A stretch of 32,000 nt of DNA from Paenibacillus solanacearum (GTDB lineage Bacteria; Bacillota; Bacilli; Paenibacillales; NBRC-103111), in the NCBI RefSeq assembly GCF_910593845.1, contig NZ_CAJVAS010000011.1, forward strand, positions 43,247 to 75,246, in the 5' to 3' direction. Of this stretch, positions 9,225 through 16,729 are shown piece after piece (positions within the stretch are counted from its first letter, which is position 1; every line of letters starts with the position of its first letter). Under the pieces are notes generated by a model, which saw nothing but the letters and a program-made list of their open reading frames with translations, did not search any database and had not been told where the DNA came from. The position numbers were made by a program, and so were the translations under genes.

Positions 9225-10320
9225 CGATGAGCCAGCCATGCTGTTTGCTATGAGGCGAATGCTATCGACTATGACAGGCGTGGAGCTTGTTGGTAGCTTC
9301 CAGAATGCGGCAGGGGTACTGGATTTCGTCCGGAACGGGGACGCGGATCTAGCATTTCTGGACATCAAGATCGCTGAGGATAACGGATTAGAGCTGGCCC
9401 GCCGCTTGCGTTCGCTGCGCGCGGAGCTTGATATCGTGTTTACTACCTCGCATTCAGAATTTGCGCTCCATGCTTATGATGTTTATCCATTGGACTATAT
9501 GGTTAAGCCCATTTCCCAAAAACGTCTAGCCCAGACGATTACTCAAGCATCTAGCAGACGGAATGCTTCTTCTGGTGGCGCTAGCGGCCTCACGCTTCAT
9601 CGGCTGACGGTTCGGAGTCTGGGCTGCTTTGAGGCCAGTAGTAAGCAAGCGGGTGCTGTAAAATGGATCTCCAAAAAAAGTATGGAGTTATTCGCCTATT
9701 TGCTCGTTCACCGGGGGCGAAGCGTAACCAAAATTCGAATTTTGGAGGATATTTTCCCGGAGAGGCCTCTTAAGAATGCGGAAGCGTACCTCAATACGGC
9801 GGTGTATCAACTTAGGAAAGCATTGTCGCCGCATGGGTTCAAGGAAATGGTCATTTCAGCGCAAGAACAGTATCGTGTGGACTTGGATCAGGTAGATGTC
9901 GATTTTATTCAATTTGAGCGCGACGTGAAGGAATTATCCGAAATCGACGCAGCGAATGTAGCAGCGGCAATCGACCTGGAGAAGCAGTTTGCAGGCGAGC
10001 TGTTCGAGAATCATTCCTTTGTATGGGCCACTGCGGAACAGGAGCGTTTGGCCATACTATACGATTCCTTTGCCAAGCGTCTCGCAATGTGGCTGCTGGA
10101 TCGGAGGCAATATAGAGAAGCAGTGCAAATTGCGAGAAGACTTGCGTCTCGTAATGAATTTGAAGAAGAATCCAATCTGCTTCTGTTGAATTTATACGGA
10201 GCCGCAGGAGACCGGCAGTCCCTGCATAACCATTATGAGCATTATAAGCAGTTGCTGCTTCAAGAGCTTGGCCTTCAGCCTTCGTTGATGGTACAACAGC
10301 TATATGAACAATATCGGTGA
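9205..10320 (+). CDS. Response regulator with REC, winged-helix and BTAD domains (SARP-like, COG3947-type architecture)
   Basis: The receiver carries KVLIVDDEP, the phospho-acceptor context LAFLDIKI and MVKPI. The C-terminal TPR-like BTAD region includes LLLLNLYGAAGDRQSLHNHYEHYKQLLLQELGLQPS. The SD GAGAGGGGA lies 8 nt upstream of ATG 9205, and GTG 9202 is an alternative start. The gene overlaps the kinase gene by about 20 nt, which suggests translational coupling. Confidence 0.9.
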   Translation: MKVLIVDDEPAMLFAMRRMLSTMTGVELVGSFQNAAGVLDFVRNGDADLAFLDIKIAEDNGLELARRLRSLRAELDIVFTTSHSEFALHAYDVYPLDYMVKPISQKRLAQTITQASSRRNASSGGASGLTLHRLTVRSLGCFEASSKQAGAVKWISKKSMELFAYLLVHRGRSVTKIRILEDIFPERPLKNAEAYLNTAVYQLRKALSPHGFKEMVISAQEQYRVDLDQVDVDFIQFERDVKELSEIDAANVAAAIDLEKQFAGELFENHSFVWATAEQERLAILYDSFAKRLAMWLLDRRQYREAVQIARRLASRNEFEEESNLLLLNLYGAAGDRQSLHNHYEHYKQLLLQELGLQPSLMVQQLYEQYR

Positions 10321-10367
10321 GCACAAAGGCTGATAGACCCGTTAAGCTGAGCCGAGTTTGAACCCTT

Positions 10368-10916
10368 TTAACTTTTCGACAAATTTAACCTTCCTCCCCA
10401 GATCGTATAACCCATGCCTACATAGGCCAATCCCCAGAAGAAAGCAATATACTTATTGTCCTCTACCGGCAGCGCCATGGATAAGAGCATCATGACCAGC
10501 AGAGCGATGACCCAGCGGGGGAATACGTTCGCCCGATAAGAAAGAAATGTGAATACCGGCGTTCCTCCTGTCAATCCAATCAGAACGAGCATGCGCATAA
10601 AGGCAGGCGCTACGCCGCCGGGATGAAGTGCCGGATCAGCGGATTGGAGCATAGTCCACAGCATGCAGGCTGTCGCGATGTTGCCGATAATCAGCGCGAG
10701 AATGGTGATAAACCCGACTATTCCCGTTTCCCTCGATTGAACCATAAAGACGGCAATGGTGCCGATAGACATAAGAATGCTTGCGACGAATCCGAAGACC
10801 AGCTCCGGGAGGCTGTCCGTCCCCCAGATCATGGAGCTTGGCGTCATCCCCATACGGCAGAGGCCGGCCAGCAGGCAAATGAGGCCCAGCCATTGAATCG
10901 CTCGTGCTTCATTCAT
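10368..10916 (-). CDS. Hypothetical polytopic membrane protein (about 6 TM)
   Basis: The ORF track lists 10368..10943. I prefer the start at MNEARAIQW (10916) because GGGAGGAGG lies about 11 nt upstream. The sequence is hydrophobic throughout. The gene is divergent from the HisKA_3 kinase operon. Confidence 0.7.
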   Translation of the reverse strand: MNEARAIQWLGLICLLAGLCRMGMTPSSMIWGTDSLPELVFGFVASILMSIGTIAVFMVQSRETGIVGFITILALIIGNIATACMLWTMLQSADPALHPGGVAPAFMRMLVLIGLTGGTPVFTFLSYRANVFPRWVIALLVMMLLSMALPVEDNKYIAFFWGLAYVGMGYTIWGGRLNLSKS

Positions 10917-11142
10917 TGTCAGTGCAACCTCCTCCCGATCCATATCGCTTATGTTAGCTAGCTCGAGTATAGTCGACGGGAGATCATGGTAAACAGAGCA
11001 AGGAGCTCACGATGTTCGGGGAACGAAAAATGGGATGCTTTTCGGGAAATTCGGGAACGATCCGGGAAGTTGCGTATTCTCCGTATTCAGGCTGCAGGCC
11101 GGTCGCTATAATAGAGGTAGATTTCCAATCGGAGGGGGTTCC

Positions 11143-13338
11143 ATGCAGCAAATGCAAGAGGAGAGCGCCGATCGAGCAGCGGAGCCCGCAGCTCGGAAGC
11201 CGCAAAAAGTGCTCCTTGTCGGTCTGCAATGTTTTGCCGCTTTGTTCTCTCTGTTTACGGCAGTATTATATTGTACGGGGATCCCCAAGTACTACCAGAA
11301 GCTCGTTGCCACTTGCATTGTAGACGGATGCGGCCGTTTCGTACCCGCCATGCCGCTTGAGAATGCGGGAGCGATTCACCTGTCCCTGGAAACTTATGCC
11401 GTCCTGTTCGTATTTATTGATGTGTTGTTTACATTTGTGTATTACGGGGCTGCGCTGCTTCTTTTGTGGAAAGGCTTTCGCGAACCGATGGCCCTTCTGG
11501 CCTTCTTGGCCTTGGTTGCGTTCGGCACTTCGTTTCCTTCGTTAACTTCCGTCGCTTTTCAAGGGTTATTCGCCCAGGAACGGTGGTTTGAATTTGTAGC
11601 GACGCTCGGCTGGGTGGGATTATCGCTATTGTTTTTGCTTTTTCCCAACGGTTCGTTTGTGCCGCGATGGACGGCGGGCGTGTTTATCTTGATTGTGGTT
11701 GTGAATGTCAGCAGTTTTTACAATCGCGGCCTCATCTGGAACGAGATAAGCGGTTCCGCCTATCTTCTGGTGTTATGGCATGTAGGCTTGACGGCGATTC
11801 TGATTTATTCGCAAATATACCGGTATGTCAAAGTATCCTCGGCGGCGCAGCGCCAACAGACCAAATGGGTTGTGTACGGGCTTGCCGTCGGCATGACCGG
11901 GTTTATCGGCATGAGCATTTTGTTCGACCCTCGTCTGAATGACGGGAGCGCCCTGACTTACGTGTATCTCAATGCGATTCTTAATGTAAGCCTGCTTGCC
12001 ATCCCGCTCACGCTTACGATGGCCGTACTGAGGCGCCGGTTGTGGGATATCGACCCGCTCGTCAACAGAACGCTGGTATACGGCGCCCTGTCTTTTTGCG
12101 TGGCTGCGATCTATATTGTGTCGGTTTATTACTTGAGCCGCTTATTCGAGACCAAACATAATCTGTTCATCTCCTTAGCGTCGACGGCCATTGTGGCGGT
12201 CGCCTTCGCCCCGTTAAAGGAAAAGCTGCAGCGGCTCATTAACCGGATGCTGAAAGGCCGCCACGACGATCCTTATGCGGTATTGCTGGAGCTGGGAAGC
12301 CAGCTGGTCCGGCCGATGGCGCCGGAGTCGATGCTGGAGGCGCTCGCTTCTACCATTCGGGAATCGCTAAGGTCGCCTTACGCAGGCATTGCTATCGGCG
12401 TGGGAGGACAGGACGCTTTTGTCGCCTCGTCCGGGGCGCCTCATCATGAGGTGCTGTCATTTCCCATCATCCATCTCGGGGAAAAGCTCGGCACGCTCTA
12501 CTTATCCCCTCGTTCGCCGGGGGAGGCGTTTTCGTCGGAGGACAACAAATTTCTGGAGGTGCTCCTGCACCAGGCCGGCCCGATCGTTGAAAATGTGAAT
12601 ATGACTTTAGGCATGAAGCTGCTGGCAAAGGATTTGCAAGAATCCCGCGAACGACTGGTCTTGGCCAGAGAGGAGGAACGCCGGCAAATACGCAAAAATT
12701 TGCATGACGATTTAGCCCCGCGTCTTGCCGCGCTGGCGCTCAATGCGGCCACGGCGGAGAAATATGTCATGAAGCAGCCCGATATTGCCATAGAGATGCT
12801 GGGGGATCTTCGAAAAGTGATACGTGCGACAGTGGATGAGATTCGGACGCTCGTTCATGATTTGCGTCCGCCGTCTCTGGATGAGCTCGGAATTATCGGT
12901 GCGGTTCAAGAAAGAATCAACGAGCTGAATAAGCCGGCGAGGCTGCTTGCGGATGAGCAGGGAACGACGCCGATTCACATCCGGCTGCATGAACCGCCGC
13001 TGCTGCCGGTTTTGCCGGCGGCGGTGGAGGTGGCCGCGTACCGCATTGTTACGGAATCGCTGACCAACGTGATTAAACATAGCCAAGCTACCGAATGCAC
13101 GGTCAAGCTCGATGTGTCGTCTCTACAGCAGCTGATCATCGAAGTTGCGGATAACGGCGCGGGTCTGCAGTCTTCTTACACGCAATGGCTTCCGGGCAAA
13201 GGCGGCATCGGACTCCAGTCGCTCCGAGAACGGGCGGCGGAACTGGGCGGACATTGTTCGATTGAACCAGCGGAGCATGGCGGCACGCGGGTGCGGGCTA
13301 TATTGCCGATTTATTCGAAGGAGGCGCAAGAACATTGA
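11143..13338 (+). CDS. Sensor histidine kinase, NarL/HisKA_3 class, with about 10 N-terminal TM helices and a GAF-like domain (ComP-like architecture)
   Basis: The H-box is EEERRQIRKNLHDDLAPRLAAL. HATPase motifs are ESLTNVIKHS, DNGAGL and GGIGLQSLRERA. The SD GGAGGGGG lies 4-5 nt upstream of ATG 11143 (MQQMQEES). The longer track start 11035 has no SD and would contain a TATAAT at 11107-11112. Confidence 0.9.
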   Translation: MQQMQEESADRAAEPAARKPQKVLLVGLQCFAALFSLFTAVLYCTGIPKYYQKLVATCIVDGCGRFVPAMPLENAGAIHLSLETYAVLFVFIDVLFTFVYYGAALLLLWKGFREPMALLAFLALVAFGTSFPSLTSVAFQGLFAQERWFEFVATLGWVGLSLLFLLFPNGSFVPRWTAGVFILIVVVNVSSFYNRGLIWNEISGSAYLLVLWHVGLTAILIYSQIYRYVKVSSAAQRQQTKWVVYGLAVGMTGFIGMSILFDPRLNDGSALTYVYLNAILNVSLLAIPLTLTMAVLRRRLWDIDPLVNRTLVYGALSFCVAAIYIVSVYYLSRLFETKHNLFISLASTAIVAVAFAPLKEKLQRLINRMLKGRHDDPYAVLLELGSQLVRPMAPESMLEALASTIRESLRSPYAGIAIGVGGQDAFVASSGAPHHEVLSFPIIHLGEKLGTLYLSPRSPGEAFSSEDNKFLEVLLHQAGPIVENVNMTLGMKLLAKDLQESRERLVLAREEERRQIRKNLHDDLAPRLAALALNAATAEKYVMKQPDIAIEMLGDLRKVIRATVDEIRTLVHDLRPPSLDELGIIGAVQERINELNKPARLLADEQGTTPIHIRLHEPPLLPVLPAAVEVAAYRIVTESLTNVIKHSQATECTVKLDVSSLQQLIIEVADNGAGLQSSYTQWLPGKGGIGLQSLRERAAELGGHCSIEPAEHGGTRVRAILPIYSKEAQEH

Positions 13339-13973
13339 GAATCGTGATAGCAGAGGATCATCCGTTATTCCGCAGCGGTGTGCGTAATTTGCTGAGAACG
13401 ACGGATGATCTCGAAGTGGTGGGAGAAGCGGCATCCGGGGAGGAGGCGCTGGCGCTTGTGGAGCAGCTGCAGCCCGACCTGGTGCTGATGGATATCCGCA
13501 TGCCCGGTATGAACGGGATCGAAGCGACGCGGCTGATCAAGGAAACGCATCCGGCGGTCGAGGTGCTGATCTTGACGATGTTTCGAGACGACCAGTCGGT
13601 TTTTACCGCGATGCGGGTAGGGGCCAAGGGCTACATCCTCAAAGATTCGGACGAGGAGGAGCTGCTGCAATCCATCCGGATGGTAGGCAATGGCGGCGCA
13701 GTATTCAGCTCGGATATTGCAGGCCGGATGATGCATTATTTTTCCCAACCCCAAACGGTGCCCGCGCAGGATCCCGCCTTTGCGGAGCTCACCAAACGCG
13801 AGATGGCGATTTTGGAGCGGATTGCGGAGGGAGACAGCAACGCCGAAATTGCCGCTCGATTGCATATTAGCAGCAAAACGGTAGCCAACTATGTCTCGAA
13901 CATTCTCAATAAGCTGCAGGTCTCGGATCGCCATGCCGCGAAACGATTGGTTCAAAAAGCGCGCGAGGAATAG
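13335..13973 (+). CDS. Response regulator, NarL/LuxR family (REC plus LuxR-type HTH)
   Basis: The receiver carries RIVIAEDHPLFR and DLVLMDIRMPGMNG. The LuxR HTH is LTKREMAILERIAEGDSNAEIAARLHISSKTVANYVSNILNKLQV. The TTG start overlaps the kinase stop (TTGA), which suggests coupled translation. Confidence 0.95.
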   Translation: MRIVIAEDHPLFRSGVRNLLRTTDDLEVVGEAASGEEALALVEQLQPDLVLMDIRMPGMNGIEATRLIKETHPAVEVLILTMFRDDQSVFTAMRVGAKGYILKDSDEEELLQSIRMVGNGGAVFSSDIAGRMMHYFSQPQTVPAQDPAFAELTKREMAILERIAEGDSNAEIAARLHISSKTVANYVSNILNKLQVSDRHAAKRLVQKAREE

Positions 13974-14005
13974 GCGAGGATACGCTTCAGGGGAACCCTG
14001 ACAAG

Positions 14006-14056
14006 AAAAAGGCCGCTATCTGCATGTTTTTACACGCGGATAACGGCGTATTTTCT
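14006..14056. terminator. Bidirectional terminator hairpin between the LuxR-type regulator gene and the small peptide gene
   Basis: GCCGCTATCTGC (14012-14023) pairs with GCGGATAACGGC (14036-14047) with one mismatch and one G-U pair. The stem is flanked by AAAAA upstream and TATTTTCTCT downstream. Confidence 0.6.
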
Positions 14057-14124
14057 CTGCTCTGCAGAAGATTATTTGTGTAGTCCATAAGCGCTTCGGT
14101 TTGGAGGGGATAAAGCTTTCCCTT

Positions 14125-14295
14125 TTATCTCAGGAAATACCACCAGTAAGCCATTTCGAGTGTTTCTCCCATGCCGTTAGGCACATACCCGTAATACATC
14201 GCGTCCGCCTCGCCCGAGGTTCCGAGTCCCGAGACACCCAGGACCACCAGTGCCGCTACCGCAAAAGCCATGGCTGCAAAACGAAATTTCTTCAT
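14125..14295 (-). CDS. Small secreted peptide precursor, 56 aa: MKKFRFAAMAFAVAALVVLGVSGLGTSGEADA / MYYGYVPNGMGETLEMAYWWYFLR
   Basis: This ORF is not in the track because it is under 60 aa. It has a strong SD (AAAGGTGGAG) 7 nt upstream of the ATG at 14295-14293. It shows a classic Sec signal: a KK n-region, a hydrophobic core and an A-D-A cleavage motif. It ends at TAA (14127-14125). Terminator hairpins flank it on both sides (14455-14510 upstream, 14006-14056 downstream). Confidence 0.6.
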   Translation of the reverse strand: MKKFRFAAMAFAVAALVVLGVSGLGTSGEADAMYYGYVPNGMGETLEMAYWWYFLR

Positions 14296-14454
14296 TCAAG
14301 TTCTCCACCTTTATTATAAAATGGTTGCCGTTGTTACTTCTACATCTTACCAACCGGATCATCCTTTGTTGTAGAGTAAGCCACTCCTTCTTTTCTATGA
14401 ATTTTTGGCAGGATGAATTGGGAAATGCATGTGAATGTCGGGAATATTATGAGG

Positions 14455-14510
14455 GAAATAAAGGAAAGGAAGCCTCCGTCTCACTGCATAAAGTGGCTGA
14501 TGGAGGCTTC
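14455..14510 (-). terminator. Rho-independent terminator of the MarR-MFS operon
   Basis: On the minus strand, GAAGCCTCC pairs with GGAGGCTTC (plus-strand coordinates 14469-14477 and 14502-14510). CCTTTCCTTTATTT follows. Confidence 0.6.
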
Positions 14511-14540
14511 TTTGCGTATGACGGGCTTTTCATGCCCTCT

Positions 14541-15782
14541 TTACGAAGCGGTGGCCGGTTTGTTCTTCTTCACGCTGACCAGCTGGAATATGACGTATAC
14601 GATGAGGAATAAGACCATGAACAGTGCGGAGTACCGGTACATCATCGCATAGCTTGTCCCGGAAGCGACAAGCCCGAGCACCATGGCGCCGATCGCGACG
14701 CCGAAGTCGAGCGCGTTGTAGTACAGGCTGTTGGCCGTGGCGTGTTGTTCCGGCGCTGAGTCACGCAGCATCCACGCCTGAAGCGTCGGCTGAATGGCGC
14801 CGAAGCCGAGGCCGTACAGCAGCGCGGAGGCGATCAGCAGCGGCAGGCTGGTCGTGAACGACAGCAGCGTCAGGCTGGCGAAGATGATCAGCGCGGCCGG
14901 AATGAGCACGGCGGAGTGGCCCTTGCTGTCGAACAAGCGCCCTGAGATCGGGCGGATAATGAGCACGGTAATCACGTTGAACAGGAAGAACAGCCCGATA
15001 TGTTCCAGATGCACTTCTTTGCCGTACAGCGCGAGGAAGCTCAGCAGCCCGCCGTACGTCACGGAGAACAAGGCGTTGAGCAGCGCCGGCAGAAGCAGCT
15101 TGACGTTGAACGGCGTCTTGCGCTTCGTTCCCGCCGAAGCTTGAGCGGCCGGCCGGGCTTGTCCGCCGGTCTGCGGCGGAATGGAGCGGAAGCCGAGCAG
15201 CAGCGGCACGATCAGTACGATGGAAACGGTGCCGAGCGTCGAGAGCGGACCGAAGCCGTATTCGCTCAGCACCGACAGGCCAATCATCGGGCCGAAGGAC
15301 ATGGCGAGACTGGTCGACAGTCCGAAATAGCCGATTCCTTCTCCAAGGCGGCTGGAAGGGATGATTTGAGAGACGAGCGTCGGCATGATCGTGCTGGTCA
15401 TCCCGAAGCCGAGCCCGAAAAGGACGCGCATGGCGAGCAACGCTTCGATGCTGCCGGCTATCGCATAGGCGGCGGTGGCCGCGGCGGCGATCGCGAGGCC
15501 GCAGAACAGCAGCGCCGTCCGGTGCACGCGCCGCATCAAGGCGGCTGTCAGGAAGCGCGAAGCGATGGCGGACAGCGCGAAGACGCTGGTCGTCAGGCTG
15601 ACAGTAAAGTCCCCGGGGTGGAACCGTTCCTTTGCGTAAGTGGGAAGCGGGGACAGCAGCATTTGCAAACAAAGAAACAATAAAAAATAAGATACCGTCA
15701 GCACAATGAACGAGGTGGTCCACAGGTTTTGCGCCGACGGTGCGAGCTTAAGCGGTTGTGATGATTCTGGTTGTACGGGCAT
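14541..15782 (-). CDS. MFS transporter (12-TM, drug/metabolite efflux type), cotranscribed with marR
   Basis: The protein is hydrophobic throughout with MFS-like loops. I prefer the start at MPVQPESS (15782). The marR stop TAG overlaps the SD (TAGGAGTG). The track start GTG 15794 sits on top of that SD. Confidence 0.9.
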   Translation of the reverse strand: MPVQPESSQPLKLAPSAQNLWTTSFIVLTVSYFLLFLCLQMLLSPLPTYAKERFHPGDFTVSLTTSVFALSAIASRFLTAALMRRVHRTALLFCGLAIAAAATAAYAIAGSIEALLAMRVLFGLGFGMTSTIMPTLVSQIIPSSRLGEGIGYFGLSTSLAMSFGPMIGLSVLSEYGFGPLSTLGTVSIVLIVPLLLGFRSIPPQTGGQARPAAQASAGTKRKTPFNVKLLLPALLNALFSVTYGGLLSFLALYGKEVHLEHIGLFFLFNVITVLIIRPISGRLFDSKGHSAVLIPAALIIFASLTLLSFTTSLPLLIASALLYGLGFGAIQPTLQAWMLRDSAPEQHATANSLYYNALDFGVAIGAMVLGLVASGTSYAMMYRYSALFMVLFLIVYVIFQLVSVKKNKPATAS

Positions 15783-15796
15783 CTGGAAGTACACTC

Positions 15797-16258
15797 CTAT
15801 TCTTTGTCGTTGAGGCGATCGATATTGTCGCCGATGCGGTGCAGCAGCCCGATCAGCAGCTCGTACTCTTCGGCGTTTATGCCGGCCGTGGCGTCCTCGA
15901 CGGCTTTCCGCTCGATGGCTTCCGTCGCTGCGATCAATGCCTTGCCTTTGTCCGTTGCGTGCACGACAAAGGAACGGCGGTCGCTTAAACCCGGCTGCTT
16001 CGTGACGAATCCTTTGGATTCAAGCATATCGAGAATGCGCGTCGTCGTCGGCTTGTCCTTGGACGATTTGGCGGCGATATCCTTCTGAATCATGCCGTTG
16101 TGCTCATGCACGCAATACAGGACGAGCCACTGCTCGGGCGTAATGTCGTATGGCTTCAGCCGCTGCAGGAACAGCTGCGATATTTTACGGTAAGTGGCGC
16201 CCATAAGAAAACCGGCTGAGCCGTCCAATATACTCCGAGGGGGTGCTTGCTTGGTCAT
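15797..16258 (-). CDS. MarR family transcriptional regulator
   Basis: It is 153 aa with a winged-helix core: ITPEQWLVLYCVHEHNGMIQKDIAAKSSKDKPTTTRILDMLESKGFVTKQPGLSDRRSFVVHATDKG. Confidence 0.95.
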   Translation of the reverse strand: MTKQAPPRSILDGSAGFLMGATYRKISQLFLQRLKPYDITPEQWLVLYCVHEHNGMIQKDIAAKSSKDKPTTTRILDMLESKGFVTKQPGLSDRRSFVVHATDKGKALIAATEAIERKAVEDATAGINAEEYELLIGLLHRIGDNIDRLNDKE

Positions 16259-16295
16259 GGCGAATCACGACCTCCGTTAATTAGTTGTTACGACA

Positions 16296-16324
16296 ATTAT
16301 ATTTAAAACAATTAAATTTGTCAA
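16296..16324 (-). promoter_or_regulatory. Consensus sigma-A promoter of the marR-MFS operon
   Basis: The minus strand reads TTGACA (16324-16319), a 17-nt spacer, then TATAAT (16301-16296). An imperfect inverted repeat AATTGTCGTAACAACTAATT lies just downstream and is a possible MarR operator. Confidence 0.75.
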
Positions 16325-16344
16325 AAATAAAAGTTCCGTCCCTT

Positions 16345-16444
16345 TTATCCACAGGATTATCCACATAATAAACAGCCCTTCACTTAAGTTTGTGCATATG
16401 TTCCTGGTGCAATGTCAACATATCCACAAGAAAGATTGTCCACA
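16345..16444 (+). promoter_or_regulatory. Cluster of four same-orientation DnaA boxes
   Basis: The boxes are TTATCCACA 16345-16353, TTATCCACA 16357-16365, ATATCCACA 16420-16428 and TTGTCCACA 16436-16444. Two match the consensus perfectly and two have one mismatch. Confidence 0.7.
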
Positions 16445-16516
16445 GCAAGGTAAGCGCCGTGTTATTCCGAATTTATGCCCGTGGCTTGCAAAATTAAGCA
16501 AAGCAAGCCAAGCGAA

Positions 16517-16558
16517 ACCAAGTTAAGAAAACCAAGTTAAGAAAATCAAGTTAAGGGA
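16517..16558 (+). repeat. 14-bp tandem repeat x3 (ACCAAGTTAAGAAA, ACCAAGTTAAGAAA, ATCAAGTTAAGGGA) in an AT-rich tract
   Basis: Read directly. AAGCA-type pentamer periodicity lies upstream (16494-16516). A second direct repeat, AATCGAAG, occurs at 16568-16575 and 16581-16588. Confidence 0.9.
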
Positions 16559-16682
16559 ACCCAAACCAATCGAAGATTCTAATCGAAGCCTTACGAAGAG
16601 ATAGTGCGTGTTACAGCAGGGGCTTCTTGAAGGCCGAGCCCGGTCCAGATTCGCCGGAAACGTATGGATACGCATGACCGCA

Positions 16683-16707
16683 TAAAAAAGCCGGCCTTGC
16701 GGCCGAC
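16683..16707 (-). terminator. Rho-independent terminator of the MdtG-like MFS gene
   Basis: The minus strand reads GTCGGCC GCAA GGCCGGC followed by TTTTTTAT. Confidence 0.85.
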
Positions 16708-16729
16708 TCCTGGTCTGTTGAACTTCAAT

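Noticed and set aside
11039-11058. GAAatTTCggGAA, resembling a eukaryotic heat-shock element
   Set aside because: It is a coincidental by-product of the TTCGGGAA direct repeats and has no known bacterial relevance.
11012-11323. 103-aa ORF with a good SD (AAGGAG, 6-nt spacer) and two CxxC pairs (CSKC, CSLC), upstream of and overlapping the HisKA_3 kinase
   Set aside because: It would overlap the kinase coding region by about 180 nt in another frame. It spans the kinase's own TATAAT and SD. Its second CxxC pair lies inside the overlap. I recognised no family. Ribo-seq could revive it.
16345-16600. Interpretation of the DnaA-box and AT-rich region as the chromosomal oriC
   Set aside because: No dnaA, dnaN, rpmH, gidA or other origin-proximal genes are in the window. 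The flanking genes are accessory (MarR, MFS). It is therefore reported only as an extra-oriC DnaA-box cluster or origin-like element.
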